From sequence record PZ445489.1: a stretch of DNA of 64,000 nucleotides; one strand, given 5' to 3'. The notes beneath the pieces were generated by a model, which was given only the letters and a program-made list of their open reading frames with translations, was not told where the DNA came from and made no database searches. The stretch is from a phage. Both the position numbers and the translations under genes were made by a program. Of the stretch, positions 52,797 to 61,585 are shown piece after piece; positions within the stretch are counted from its first letter, which is position 1, and each line of letters opens with the position of its first letter.

Positions 52797-53291
52797 TTAG
52801 ACTACTTGTAGGGATTCAATATTGAAACATCGTTTCAATTCGTCATGCAAAACAGCATATTCATCCCATCGGGTACTATCAGGAATATAAACAAGCTGTT
52901 TTAATCGATTTGCGTATATTACCGCTTTGTTACCAACTATCTCGACGCCACCATATTTAATAATTAATCTCATGACGGAATTAATAGGATCGCCGCCGTT
53001 TACATATGTGCCGGATTTACTTAATTGATAATGATAAAGGCTTGCATATACGTTTTCATTTTCATACCATTCGCCAGTTTCTTCGTCTTCGTAACCATCG
53101 CTACCAAAACGAGAAGCATTATCAATAGCCATTTCCTGAGCGAAAGCGTCCAGATTACAGCCAGCTGGAACAAAATGTTCCTCCGTCCAACCTTCCCCGC
53201 AATAGCCAGTATGACAATCGACCAAAATGATCATATCATGTTTTGCCATGCTCACTTCTCCCAGTGAGAAGCCATATTTTTCATCAGCCAT
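52797..53291 (-). CDS. hypothetical pre-early protein (164 aa)
   Basis: ORF with GGAGG RBS. Confidence 0.55.
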   Translation of the reverse strand: MADEKYGFSLGEVSMAKHDMIILVDCHTGYCGEGWTEEHFVPAGCNLDAFAQEMAIDNASRFGSDGYEDEETGEWYENENVYASLYHYQLSKSGTYVNGGDPINSVMRLIIKYGGVEIVGNKAVIYANRLKQLVYIPDSTRWDEYAVLHDELKRCFNIESLQVV

Positions 53292-53356
53292 TTATTAGCC
53301 TCCTATTAATTAACAAGGGAATACTAAAGCGGGGTAACAATCCCCGCTTAGTATTA

Positions 53357-54367
53357 TTACTCGCTTTCGGTGTTAGTAGTAAAAGTAGAAATATCAATAC
53401 CTTTTACCATTTCATCAATCATTTCAGCGATGTTAAAACTTTGCACCATTTCTAACATAGCCGCTTCCATAGCCGCGCCTGCTACCGCTTTCGCTTTCTG
53501 GTTACTCGGGGCATACTGGTCAACCGCTACACTCAGCAGGTTGGCAATCACTACCCGACCAATCGGTGTATCAATATAACCTTTGATCATAAACGGTGCT
53601 TTTTTAGCCGCTACTTTCGTGATTTGAGTCAATGCAATTTTACCTGCTTCCAGTTTTGCAGCATTTACAACAGCGGATTTATTAGCGGCAACAATATTAG
53701 CGATCTTGGTCATGGTGTTTTTTCCTTTGTTTTCAGTAGTTTGAATTTTAACGCTTTGAGTGTTAGAATTTACAGCATGGTTTTCTACGCTGTCAATAAT
53801 CTGATCTTCATCTTTCCAGAAAGAAAAACCAGCGCTTTCTATATCCCCATCATAAATATATGGGTATAGCTCCCGTGGTAACAAAAAATTACCGTCGCCA
53901 TCAAAAGCCATTATACCGGTATATTGAGATCCGTCGTTATCCGGCTTATGCCATCCAGCCGGTAAATACTTCCAGATAACATCTAAAAATCCCTCAATAC
54001 TAGAAAGTCCGTTTATCAGATCAAGCCCAATAAGCTCAAAACCATTTATATTAAATGATTGACGGCCTGAATTGCTATGATACGCAACAATATTATTACC
54101 CTGTGCAACAATAAAATCGGTATCCGGCCCCGCTCCCCTGCCAGTAAAGATATGGCAATCACGGTTATATAAAACTAGCGTTGCCCCGTACTTATATAAT
54201 GGCAAAAAACCTTCCATATCATAGGCGTCATAGTCATCAAAAAAGTTTTGATGAATAGTTTCAGCCTTGTTAATAAAATGTTTAATGCTGGTTGACTTGC
54301 TACCGTCCAGCAGGTTACGCAGCGCACCTTTTAAGACGGTAGCATTATCAGGTTTATACAGCCTCAT
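53357..54367 (-). CDS. hypothetical pre-early protein (336 aa)
   Basis: First and largest gene of leftward operon; RBS GGAGG. Confidence 0.55.
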   Translation of the reverse strand: MRLYKPDNATVLKGALRNLLDGSKSTSIKHFINKAETIHQNFFDDYDAYDMEGFLPLYKYGATLVLYNRDCHIFTGRGAGPDTDFIVAQGNNIVAYHSNSGRQSFNINGFELIGLDLINGLSSIEGFLDVIWKYLPAGWHKPDNDGSQYTGIMAFDGDGNFLLPRELYPYIYDGDIESAGFSFWKDEDQIIDSVENHAVNSNTQSVKIQTTENKGKNTMTKIANIVAANKSAVVNAAKLEAGKIALTQITKVAAKKAPFMIKGYIDTPIGRVVIANLLSVAVDQYAPSNQKAKAVAGAAMEAAMLEMVQSFNIAEMIDEMVKGIDISTFTTNTESE

Positions 54368-54636
54368 TTGTTCGGCCTCCCTCGTTAATCGGTGAGTGAA
54401 TGATATAGATATTTTCTTTCTAGGGGCAAATATTATTTTACCTTTTTATTTTCCTTGCCTAGCGCCTAGTTTTATGCTAACCGCGCAGCGGTGCAATAAA
54501 GAGCAAAACACGGCGAAGCCCCCAGGGCGACGGGTGAAGGCTTTACTTTAATATTACCCCACCGCATTTAGCTCGTTAGAAAGCGTTTTAGGCCGCTTAA
54601 AATTGATTGCAGTTGTTAACACTACCTTTTTACCTT

Positions 54637-54672
54637 GTATATTTATACAGTAGGATAACATGTGGATAAGTC
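54637..54672. repeat. 36-bp inverted repeat, right copy (partner 51094-51129)
   Basis: gtatatttatacagtaggataacatgtggataagtc. Confidence 0.7.
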
Positions 54673-54742
54673 TGTGGATAAGCCCTTATATCGCCGCCTA
54701 TTGTGTCAAATCATTTTGTGCTGTGGATAACGTTGTGGATAA
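54661..54742 (-). promoter_or_regulatory. cluster of four DnaA-box-like sites
   Basis: TGTGGATAA on + strand at 54661, 54673, 54722, 54734 (TTATCCACA on minus). Confidence 0.55.
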
Positions 54743-55025
54743 CTTAAATGATAGTGGTTCTCACTTAGGCCGATAGTTTCTTATAGTTATTATTTCTATT
54801 GGTTACGATTTCTTATAATTATTATTTCTCATTAATTTATATGTATATTATATATCATGAAATAGTTAGTTGGCTAATGAGATTTTCCGTGATTAATAGT
54901 CTGCTAATAATTTAAGCCGTTACAATCCACCAGCACGATTATCATCCTAGCAATTATAAGCCTGCTATTCTCCCAATACACACTAACAAACAAAAGTCAA
55001 TTAATTTATTTCATAAAATAAGTAG

Positions 55026-55058
55026 TTATCCACTGGAAAATAAAAGTCAAGTGGATAA
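55026..55058. promoter_or_regulatory. inverted pair of DnaA-box-like sites
   Basis: agttatccact and agtggataact, 11-bp arms 14 nt apart. Confidence 0.5.
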
Positions 55059-55459
55059 CTAGGAAAATTTCATTTTTGCTTTTTGGGGATAAGTTATCAA
55101 CAAGGCTAGAATGCGCCTAAAACGCCCTAGAACGCGATGAAAGTTTTAGCCATGCCATTGCATTGCCTACCCTCGTTTATCGCTGCCACGAGCTTTTTAA
55201 GTTTTGTCAATACCCCCAAAGCAAATATAGATGAAAAAATTACTTGCCAACCTGCTGGGTTTTATGGTATTCGCGCGCCCGTTTCTTTTAATTTTAGTGC
55301 GGCGCGCCCAGGTCGCCGCACGCCGTCCGGTTAATCGTGTCTTTACGTTTCTTTACAAAAATAAGGTTGCGCCATTTTTGGTATTTGCTATTATTTACCA
55401 CGTAGGGCGGCAATGACGAACTACACGGCGGGAAGTTTACCGCCGCGCTCTTTAAAAAT

Positions 55460-55483
55460 TGGGTACATCTTAAAGCCTATCGG
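55460..55483. repeat. 24-bp perfect inverted repeat, left arm
   Basis: tgggtacatcttaaagcctatcgg; exact reverse complement at 55729-55752. Confidence 0.8.
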
Positions 55484-55516
55484 CGGTAAACTTATTCATT
55501 ATAAGGAATCGACGAT

Positions 55517-55720
55517 ATGAAACAAACTTTATTGATCACTGGTAAACCTAGCAAGGCACTGGACAGCAAAACAAAAAATTTGTTGACAGTAGCGCAAAGA
55601 TCGGTAAAATATCGATTTAAGCAGTACAAGAAAGGCCGCCAGCAAGGTCTGGAAATGATCTGGCGTAATATTATGATTGACTTAAAAGAAAATCATAAAA
55701 AACTGCAAAAAATTGTTTGA
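55517..55720 (+). CDS. small basic protein (67 aa) bracketed by 24-bp inverted repeat
   Basis: ATG with weak purine-rich RBS (GGAATCGACGAT upstream); Lys/Arg-rich. Confidence 0.45.
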   Translation: MKQTLLITGKPSKALDSKTKNLLTVAQRSVKYRFKQYKKGRQQGLEMIWRNIMIDLKENHKKLQKIV

Positions 55721-55728
55721 CACCCTAG

Positions 55729-55752
55729 CCGATAGGCTTTAAGATGTACCCA
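55729..55752. repeat. 24-bp perfect inverted repeat, right arm
   Basis: ccgataggctttaagatgtaccca. Confidence 0.8.
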
Positions 55753-55947
55753 GTTCGATAAGAGCGATAACTTGATAAAATTTGACGGTCGGCACTTACC
55801 ATAATGTGCCCCGCCCCCTAACTGGGATATAGCGGCCTGCGTGGAGTTCTTTAAATTGATTATATTGGCGAGCGGATTGTTGCTTATTACCTGCTAGAAA
55901 GTAGCAGGTAATGCGGAACAATCCCCTAAATAACTGGAGTTTATACT

Positions 55948-56199
55948 ATGCAAAACGTTATCATTACGCCGAAAGTTGGTCAATCCGTTTTTATTCCTTT
56001 CGTTACTAAAACGGATGAATTAACCGGAAAGGCCGAACGCATTAAAGGCGCGGCGCTTATGCCGTTCGATACAATCGACGCGGTATACGCTGAAACGGAA
56101 CGGAGTAACAACGGCAAAACCGTTTTTAGCGTTCGCGTTAAATCCGGCGACGTTGTAAAGGTTGTCCAGCGTAACGAAAAATGGGAAGCTGTAGCGTAA
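55948..56199 (+). CDS. hypothetical pre-early protein (83 aa)
   Basis: ATG after GGAG RBS. Confidence 0.5.
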   Translation: MQNVIITPKVGQSVFIPFVTKTDELTGKAERIKGAALMPFDTIDAVYAETERSNNGKTVFSVRVKSGDVVKVVQRNEKWEAVA

Positions 56200-56300
56200 T
56201 ATAGTGTTAACTTTATATTCCTCTGAAATATGGGGAATATAATGATTAACATTAAGTTAATCATTAAATCCCTTAAATTAAACTAACAGGAGCTACAATC

Positions 56301-56708
56301 ATGACTAACGTTAAAACCGCAAAATTCTCATGGAATGAAGAAAACACCCAAAAAGCTGTTACCATGTACCAGCAGTTAATTAATGAAAACGGTTTAGATT
56401 TCGCAAATAGCGACGGCCTGAAAGAGATTGCAAAAGCAGTTGGCGCGGCCTCCCCCGTGTCCGTTCGCTCAAAATTGACCAGCGCGAAAGCGTATCAGAA
56501 AAGCGATAAGCCGCGCAAAGTTGGCGGCGGTAGCTCAATCCGCAAAGCGCATTATGTGCGCGTTATTGCAAAACACGCTATCGATTCCGGCATTATCAAA
56601 GACGCCGACGATCTGGCATCACTGGAAAGCGCAAAACTGGAAACGCTGGACGCCGTGGCGCAACTGTTAGGCGTTGCCGATGAAGTGAAACAAGCCGCAG
56701 GCGAATAA
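56301..56708 (+). CDS. A2: pre-early protein, A2-like by size and position
   Basis: 135 aa, AGGAG RBS, directly upstream of A1-like gene; assignment by synteny and size only. Confidence 0.4.
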   Translation: MTNVKTAKFSWNEENTQKAVTMYQQLINENGLDFANSDGLKEIAKAVGAASPVSVRSKLTSAKAYQKSDKPRKVGGGSSIRKAHYVRVIAKHAIDSGIIKDADDLASLESAKLETLDAVAQLLGVADEVKQAAGE

Positions 56709-56765
56709 ATTTAATTAGTGGGGAATATTCCCCACTATAATTTCCCTTTGACTGGAGTTATTAAA

Positions 56766-56963
56766 ATGATCTTTTACCCTACTGAATCCTTAATTCTAGG
56801 CTTATTTATTATGGCGGCCTCATTACTATTCGCTTATTTTCAAAATGATTTAGATTCATATTATTTTAAACGTAAATCTAAGTTAGCAAAGCGTTTAGGT
56901 CTGATTTGTTTTATTGCCGCCGTTGTTTGTGGTGTTAGTTCTAGCCTTATGCCTTTAAATTAA
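56766..56963 (+). CDS. small membrane protein (65 aa)
   Basis: ATG after GGAG RBS; two hydrophobic segments (track start 56718 is upstream). Confidence 0.45.
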   Translation: MIFYPTESLILGLFIMAASLLFAYFQNDLDSYYFKRKSKLAKRLGLICFIAAVVCGVSSSLMPLN

Positions 56964-57060
56964 TGTTGCAAATTATAACGCCTCAAATAATAGGCGTTAT
57001 ATTTGGCAATATTTGCCAATAACAAACGTTTTTTAATCCCTTTAATGGAGTTTTATTACT

Positions 57061-58725
57061 ATGATTATTTCCGCAGAAAAACAAACCGTTATCCTGAAAA
57101 TGGCCGCTGACTTTAATTTCTACGGTAAACGTCTGCGCGCTACTAAACTGGAGGTCTGCGACGATATATCAAAAGCGGTTTACGATACTCCAAAACATTC
57201 CACCGCTATTTGTGATTGGCTGGAAGCAAATAAACCAGCGAAACCGAAAGCGGCGAAAGTAGCAAAAGCCATTAAAAACGATGAGCGCCCAGAAGCGGCG
57301 GGGATTGTTTCTAGCACGGTGGAAAGCTGGGAAGTAAAACAAGGCAAACGCTTTATTATTACATCGATTCAGAATAATACGTTCCCGCATAAAAACTTTT
57401 TAGCCTCACTGGAGCAATTTGCTAAATATATCGGCGCTGATTTGCTGGTTAGCAAGTATATTTATAATAAAAACGGATTCCAAAATGGCGAGGGCGCGGA
57501 TGGAATAAAATATGATTCCGCGTTCGATAAATATATTTGCAGCAAAAACGTGTTTTTGAATAATCGCCGTTTTGCTTTCATGGCTGAAATTAATGTTTTG
57601 CCCACCGCAGATTATCCGCTTTCTGGATTCGCTGAAACTGCAACCGCGCTTAATCTGGAAGGTCTGGCAATTGGTCACGCTAAAATCACCGCCGAAAGCG
57701 TGCCAGCTTTAAAAGGTGAAGTAGTGCGCCGCATGTATTCAACTGGCACGGCAACGCTTAAAAATTACATCCAGCAGAAAGCAGGACAGAAAGCGGAAGC
57801 ACTGCATAACTTCGGTGCGCTGATTGTTGAGTTCGACGAAGACGGTGAGTTTTTTGTTCGCCAGCTTGAAACAATGGACGAAAGCGGGGTGTTTTATGAT
57901 CTGAATGTTTGCGCTACTCCCGCCGGATGCTATGAAACATCGGGGCATGTTTTAGGCTTACAATACGGCGATATTCACGCAGAAAAATTAGATGAAGAGT
58001 GCGCCGCCGCGTCATGGGCTGGCGAAAATAGCTTGCTTGATATTCTTAAACCAAAATATCAGTTTATCCATGACGTTCACGACTTTACATCACGCAACCA
58101 TCACAACCGCGCTTCGGGTGTATTCCTAGCAAAACAATACGCCGCCGGACGTGATAAAGTTCTGGATGATCTTATCGATACCGGTCGCGTGCTGGAATCA
58201 ATGGAACGTGATTTCTCGCAAACAATCATTGTTGAATCTAATCACGATCTGGCGCTATCCCGTTGGCTGGATGATCGTAATGCTAACATTAAAGACGACC
58301 CCGCAAACGCGGAACTATATCACCGCCTTAATGCCGCGATTTATGGCGCTATTGCAGAAAAAGACGATACTTTCAACGTGCTAGATTATGCGCTGCGTAA
58401 GGTTGCAGGTTGCGAGTTTAACGCCATTTTCCTAACGACTGACCAATCATTTAAAATTGCAGGCATTGAATGCGGCGTACACGGTCACAATGGCATAAAC
58501 GGCAGCCGTGGCAATCCGAAACAGTTTAAGAAATTGGGCAAATTAAACACGGGGCACACTCATACCGCCAGCATTTACGGCGGGGTATATACCGCTGGCG
58601 TGGCTGGTAGTCTGGACATGGGTTACAACGTTGGCGCGTCAAGCTGGACACAAACGCATTTAATTACCTATGCAAATGGTCAGCGTACTTTGATCGACTT
58701 TAAGAACGGTAAATTTTTTGCGTAA
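57061..58725 (+). CDS. A1: pre-early protein A1-like with calcineurin-like phosphoesterase motifs
   Basis: 554 aa; GDIHAE, ESNHD and GHTHTAS resemble Mre11/SbcD-type metallophosphoesterase motifs; size matches T5 A1 as I recall it. Confidence 0.55.
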   Translation: MIISAEKQTVILKMAADFNFYGKRLRATKLEVCDDISKAVYDTPKHSTAICDWLEANKPAKPKAAKVAKAIKNDERPEAAGIVSSTVESWEVKQGKRFIITSIQNNTFPHKNFLASLEQFAKYIGADLLVSKYIYNKNGFQNGEGADGIKYDSAFDKYICSKNVFLNNRRFAFMAEINVLPTADYPLSGFAETATALNLEGLAIGHAKITAESVPALKGEVVRRMYSTGTATLKNYIQQKAGQKAEALHNFGALIVEFDEDGEFFVRQLETMDESGVFYDLNVCATPAGCYETSGHVLGLQYGDIHAEKLDEECAAASWAGENSLLDILKPKYQFIHDVHDFTSRNHHNRASGVFLAKQYAAGRDKVLDDLIDTGRVLESMERDFSQTIIVESNHDLALSRWLDDRNANIKDDPANAELYHRLNAAIYGAIAEKDDTFNVLDYALRKVAGCEFNAIFLTTDQSFKIAGIECGVHGHNGINGSRGNPKQFKKLGKLNTGHTHTASIYGGVYTAGVAGSLDMGYNVGASSWTQTHLITYANGQRTLIDFKNGKFFA

Positions 58726-58781
58726 ATAATTAATACCCTAGCGGCTTGAAATATAGCCGCTATTATAGGAGCTAAATTAGA

Positions 58782-59039
58782 ATGAAAGTTACATTACCCA
58801 AAACGCTGGACGAAAAAGCATTTATTTCACCGGATGAAATGGAATCCGATAAAGTTTACAGCTTCGGGCCTATCCTAGCCGCCAAAACTAATACGGATGG
58901 GATTATTACGGTCGATTATCGTGATAATGATATTATCCCTTTTGACGATGATGACGCTTTTTATGAGTGGCTAAGCGATAATAATTTACCCGTAAATGGT
59001 GAATTAACGCCGTATCAAATGCAGATTATTATCAAGTAA
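58782..59039 (+). CDS. hypothetical pre-early protein (85 aa)
   Basis: ATG after AGGAG RBS. Confidence 0.5.
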   Translation: MKVTLPKTLDEKAFISPDEMESDKVYSFGPILAAKTNTDGIITVDYRDNDIIPFDDDDAFYEWLSDNNLPVNGELTPYQMQIIIK

Positions 59040-59079
59040 ATTAAATACCCTTTATTAAATTAATTGGAGTTTTATAAAT

Positions 59080-59472
59080 ATGAAAAAGCAAAATATCCCA
59101 TTCGATCGCGCTCAATCTTCCATTGTTCTGGTTTATTCTAATGGTGAACGTTACCACGTCGAGGCGGGGCACGTTATTGATGAGCTATTGGACTTTAACG
59201 ACGCTTTGCAGGTTACTACCTTTGCCTATACGCAAGGTAAACTAACTAGCCATATTAAAGCAAAAGGTGTTTATGTTGACACTGTGAAACAAGAAACGAT
59301 TATCATCGACGCCGTAAAATCCGGCCTAGCCTTTGCAGTTGTCGCGCCTTGCCCCGCTTGCCTCGATGATCAATTGACCAGCGCAAAGGTATATACCTGC
59401 GCGGGCATTCGTTCCGGTGTATCTGGTGAAGATATTAGTTTTATTGCTGATGCGTTGGCGTATGGTCTTTAA
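59080..59472 (+). CDS. hypothetical pre-early protein (130 aa)
   Basis: ATG after GGAG RBS. Confidence 0.5.
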   Translation: MKKQNIPFDRAQSSIVLVYSNGERYHVEAGHVIDELLDFNDALQVTTFAYTQGKLTSHIKAKGVYVDTVKQETIIIDAVKSGLAFAVVAPCPACLDDQLTSAKVYTCAGIRSGVSGEDISFIADALAYGL

Positions 59473-59552
59473 TAGTTAATTTATTATTACCCGCTTATAA
59501 ATAGCGGGTAATGCTGAATTAATCTAATCCCTTAAATGGAGAACGTAACAAA

Positions 59553-60287
59553 ATGAATCAAGTTAAAACGAATATTACCCGTAATTTCCCGCATATTTCC
59601 CGCGTCATGATTTGGGATCTGGACGGAACTATCATTAATTCTTTCCATCGCGTAGCGCCTTGCTTTGATAGCGAGGGCAATTTAGATTTAAATAAGTATA
59701 AAAATGAAGCATGTAAACATGATTTAATAATGCAAGATACACTATTGCCGCTTGTTACATATATGCGCCAGTGCATGAATGATGTTAGTACGTTAAACAT
59801 TATTTGCACCGCTCGACTGATGAGCAAGTCGGACTATTATTATTTGCGCAAACAAGGATTGCGAGGGCGTGGGGATAGTAATATCCGTGTATTTTCCCGC
59901 GATACACTACACAAATATTTTGAGGCTGATAAAGTTAGCGAGATATACCACAGCAAAGACGCTATTTATAAAAGCCATTACTTTGAGTTATTTAAACAAT
60001 TATATCCGAACGCTGATTTCACGATGATTGATGATCATAAAGGCGTGCTATCAGCGGCGGCGTCATACGGATTTAAAACGCTGGACGCGCAAGCCGTTAA
60101 CGATATTCTATCGATTGGGGTTACATTGATAGGTGAAACCTTTATCGATGAATCTCTTGAGGATGATAATGATTATCAGTTCCTAGCCGACCGCCTGCAA
60201 TTATGTTGGGAAGGTATGACCGAAGAAGAACGCGCAGAATATAGTTGCAGCCCGCAACAATATATTGAGAAATTAAAAGTTGCGTAA
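59553..60287 (+). CDS. dmp: HAD-family 5'-deoxyribonucleotidase-like protein (Dmp-like)
   Basis: 244 aa; HAD motif I IWDLDGTIIN; size and position match T5 dmp as I recall it. Confidence 0.55.
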   Translation: MNQVKTNITRNFPHISRVMIWDLDGTIINSFHRVAPCFDSEGNLDLNKYKNEACKHDLIMQDTLLPLVTYMRQCMNDVSTLNIICTARLMSKSDYYYLRKQGLRGRGDSNIRVFSRDTLHKYFEADKVSEIYHSKDAIYKSHYFELFKQLYPNADFTMIDDHKGVLSAAASYGFKTLDAQAVNDILSIGVTLIGETFIDESLEDDNDYQFLADRLQLCWEGMTEEERAEYSCSPQQYIEKLKVA

Positions 60288-60299
60288 TAATTAAAGTTG

Positions 60300-60345
60300 A
60301 AATAGTCACGGTGTGTAATGATAACATGCCGTGACTATTAGCCTG
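60300..60345 (+). terminator. hairpin after dmp-like gene
   Basis: agtcacggtgtgtaatgataacatgccgtgact stem-loop; no clear T-run. Confidence 0.35.
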
Positions 60346-60438
60346 CTAAGTACCGGGCGGTAATGAGACTCATTCTCATCTGGAGGGCCACTGGACACAC
60401 CTCCATGTGTAATCTTATGAAATTTGGCAAAAAGTCAA

Positions 60439-60684
60439 TTAGCGCATAGAAGGGTCATCAAAACGATGTTCAGGTTTAAACTCACGAAATCTCTTCCGCG
60501 ACGCCCGAGATCCATCCGACCATTCTCGCTCAAACTCCGCACGTTTCTCGTCAAACTTCCGCTCCCTATCCGCAATCTCCCGCGTCACTCCCGCAATATA
60601 TTTACGATGCTTGTTGATTGCCGCAGTTGTCCCGAAAACCCCCGCGAGTATCCCGATAATAAAAGCAATTACAATACTAAACAT
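60439..60684 (-). CDS. small membrane protein (81 aa)
   Basis: N-terminal TM helix then charged tail. Confidence 0.45.
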   Translation of the reverse strand: MFSIVIAFIIGILAGVFGTTAAINKHRKYIAGVTREIADRERKFDEKRAEFEREWSDGSRASRKRFREFKPEHRFDDPSMR

Positions 60685-60871
60685 CTAATTCCCTCTCAAT
60701 TTGCAGAATACGGGTACTATCACAACGTTGCAGTAGTGCTAGCTTTTCTAGAGTAACTTGTTGTTGTTTTACCTGAGCTTCTAGCGTTTTTAGGCGAACG
60801 TACACGGTGTAAGAAATAATGAAAACTGCCCAGACTAGTATTACTGTTAGTGTAGCTACTACCTCCATCAT
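60677..60871 (-). CDS. small membrane protein (64 aa)
   Basis: N-terminal TM helix; overlaps downstream gene start. Confidence 0.45.
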   Translation of the reverse strand: MMEVVATLTVILVWAVFIISYTVYVRLKTLEAQVKQQQVTLEKLALLQRCDSTRILQIERELDV

Positions 60872-60974
60872 TTACATTTCTCCGATAGTAAGGTTTCGAT
60901 TCTAGCTAAGTGATTATCTAAGATACATTGCCCAATAATCACAATCCCTAGTAATGCAATAATTACCCATTCCA

Positions 60975-61160
60975 TTAAATCCATCCCGCCATAGCTGCTA
61001 ACCAAAAACCTACGAAGATTAGGAATAATACAAAACCAAATCCGTAAATATTAATCCACTCTTCGTACACCTCTCCGCGTCTGTTCTTTCTTTTGTTGCC
61101 GTTTGACATGTCTTTCATACTCCCGTAAATGTGGTATTTGGAATATTCTAGCAATTGCAC
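60975..61160 (-). CDS. small membrane protein (61 aa)
   Basis: C-terminal TM helix. Confidence 0.4.
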   Translation of the reverse strand: MQLLEYSKYHIYGSMKDMSNGNKRKNRRGEVYEEWINIYGFGFVLFLIFVGFWLAAMAGWI

Positions 61161-61272
61161 AAGTCATAACATTTTATCTTATATGATGTTCTGAATGACC
61201 TCAATTGCATTGTGAACTAGTTTTGACCTAGGATCCACCCTAAGTGGCATGGGTTTATGGGAGGGATTCTCC

Positions 61273-61506
61273 TCAGAAAACTCCTTCACATGTATTCCCC
61301 TCGGTAAAGTAGCTTACTGGAGCCCAGAAAGATCCATAGGCCATGATTGGTGCCACCAGGAACATATCCCCTTTTCTATCAAAAACATTAGCCTTATATT
61401 TCACATGATCTTGTACATAGTAGGCCTCACATTTAATATCTTTAGGCCCAAAAGTAGAGCAAGCCGAAAGAAGTACCACTGCCATAGCTAAAAATAATTT
61501 TTTCAT
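61273..61506 (-). CDS. llp: lytic-conversion lipoprotein Llp-like
   Basis: 77 aa; signal peptide with lipobox LSAC; AGGAG RBS; divergent from pb5-like gene as in T5. Confidence 0.75.
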   Translation of the reverse strand: MKKLFLAMAVVLLSACSTFGPKDIKCEAYYVQDHVKYKANVFDRKGDMFLVAPIMAYGSFWAPVSYFTEGNTCEGVF

Positions 61507-61585
61507 TTACATTCTCCTCTGTTTAATTTATAATACTATTATACAGAATTATAGCAACATAAGCAATTAAATTTTTGGAGAACTT

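Noticed and set aside
54368-54640. Specific sigma70 promoter for the leftward pre-early operon
   Set aside because: Several weak -35/-10 combinations are possible but none is convincing by eye.
49735-61250. Foreign genomic island or prophage fragment inserted in the phage, suggested by the GC and promoter-style shift
   Set aside because: Gene sizes and order (A2-like, A1-like with phosphoesterase motifs, 244-aa HAD dmp-like) and the repeat-rich stop-signal-like zone fit the T5 pre-early terminal-repeat region better than an insertion.
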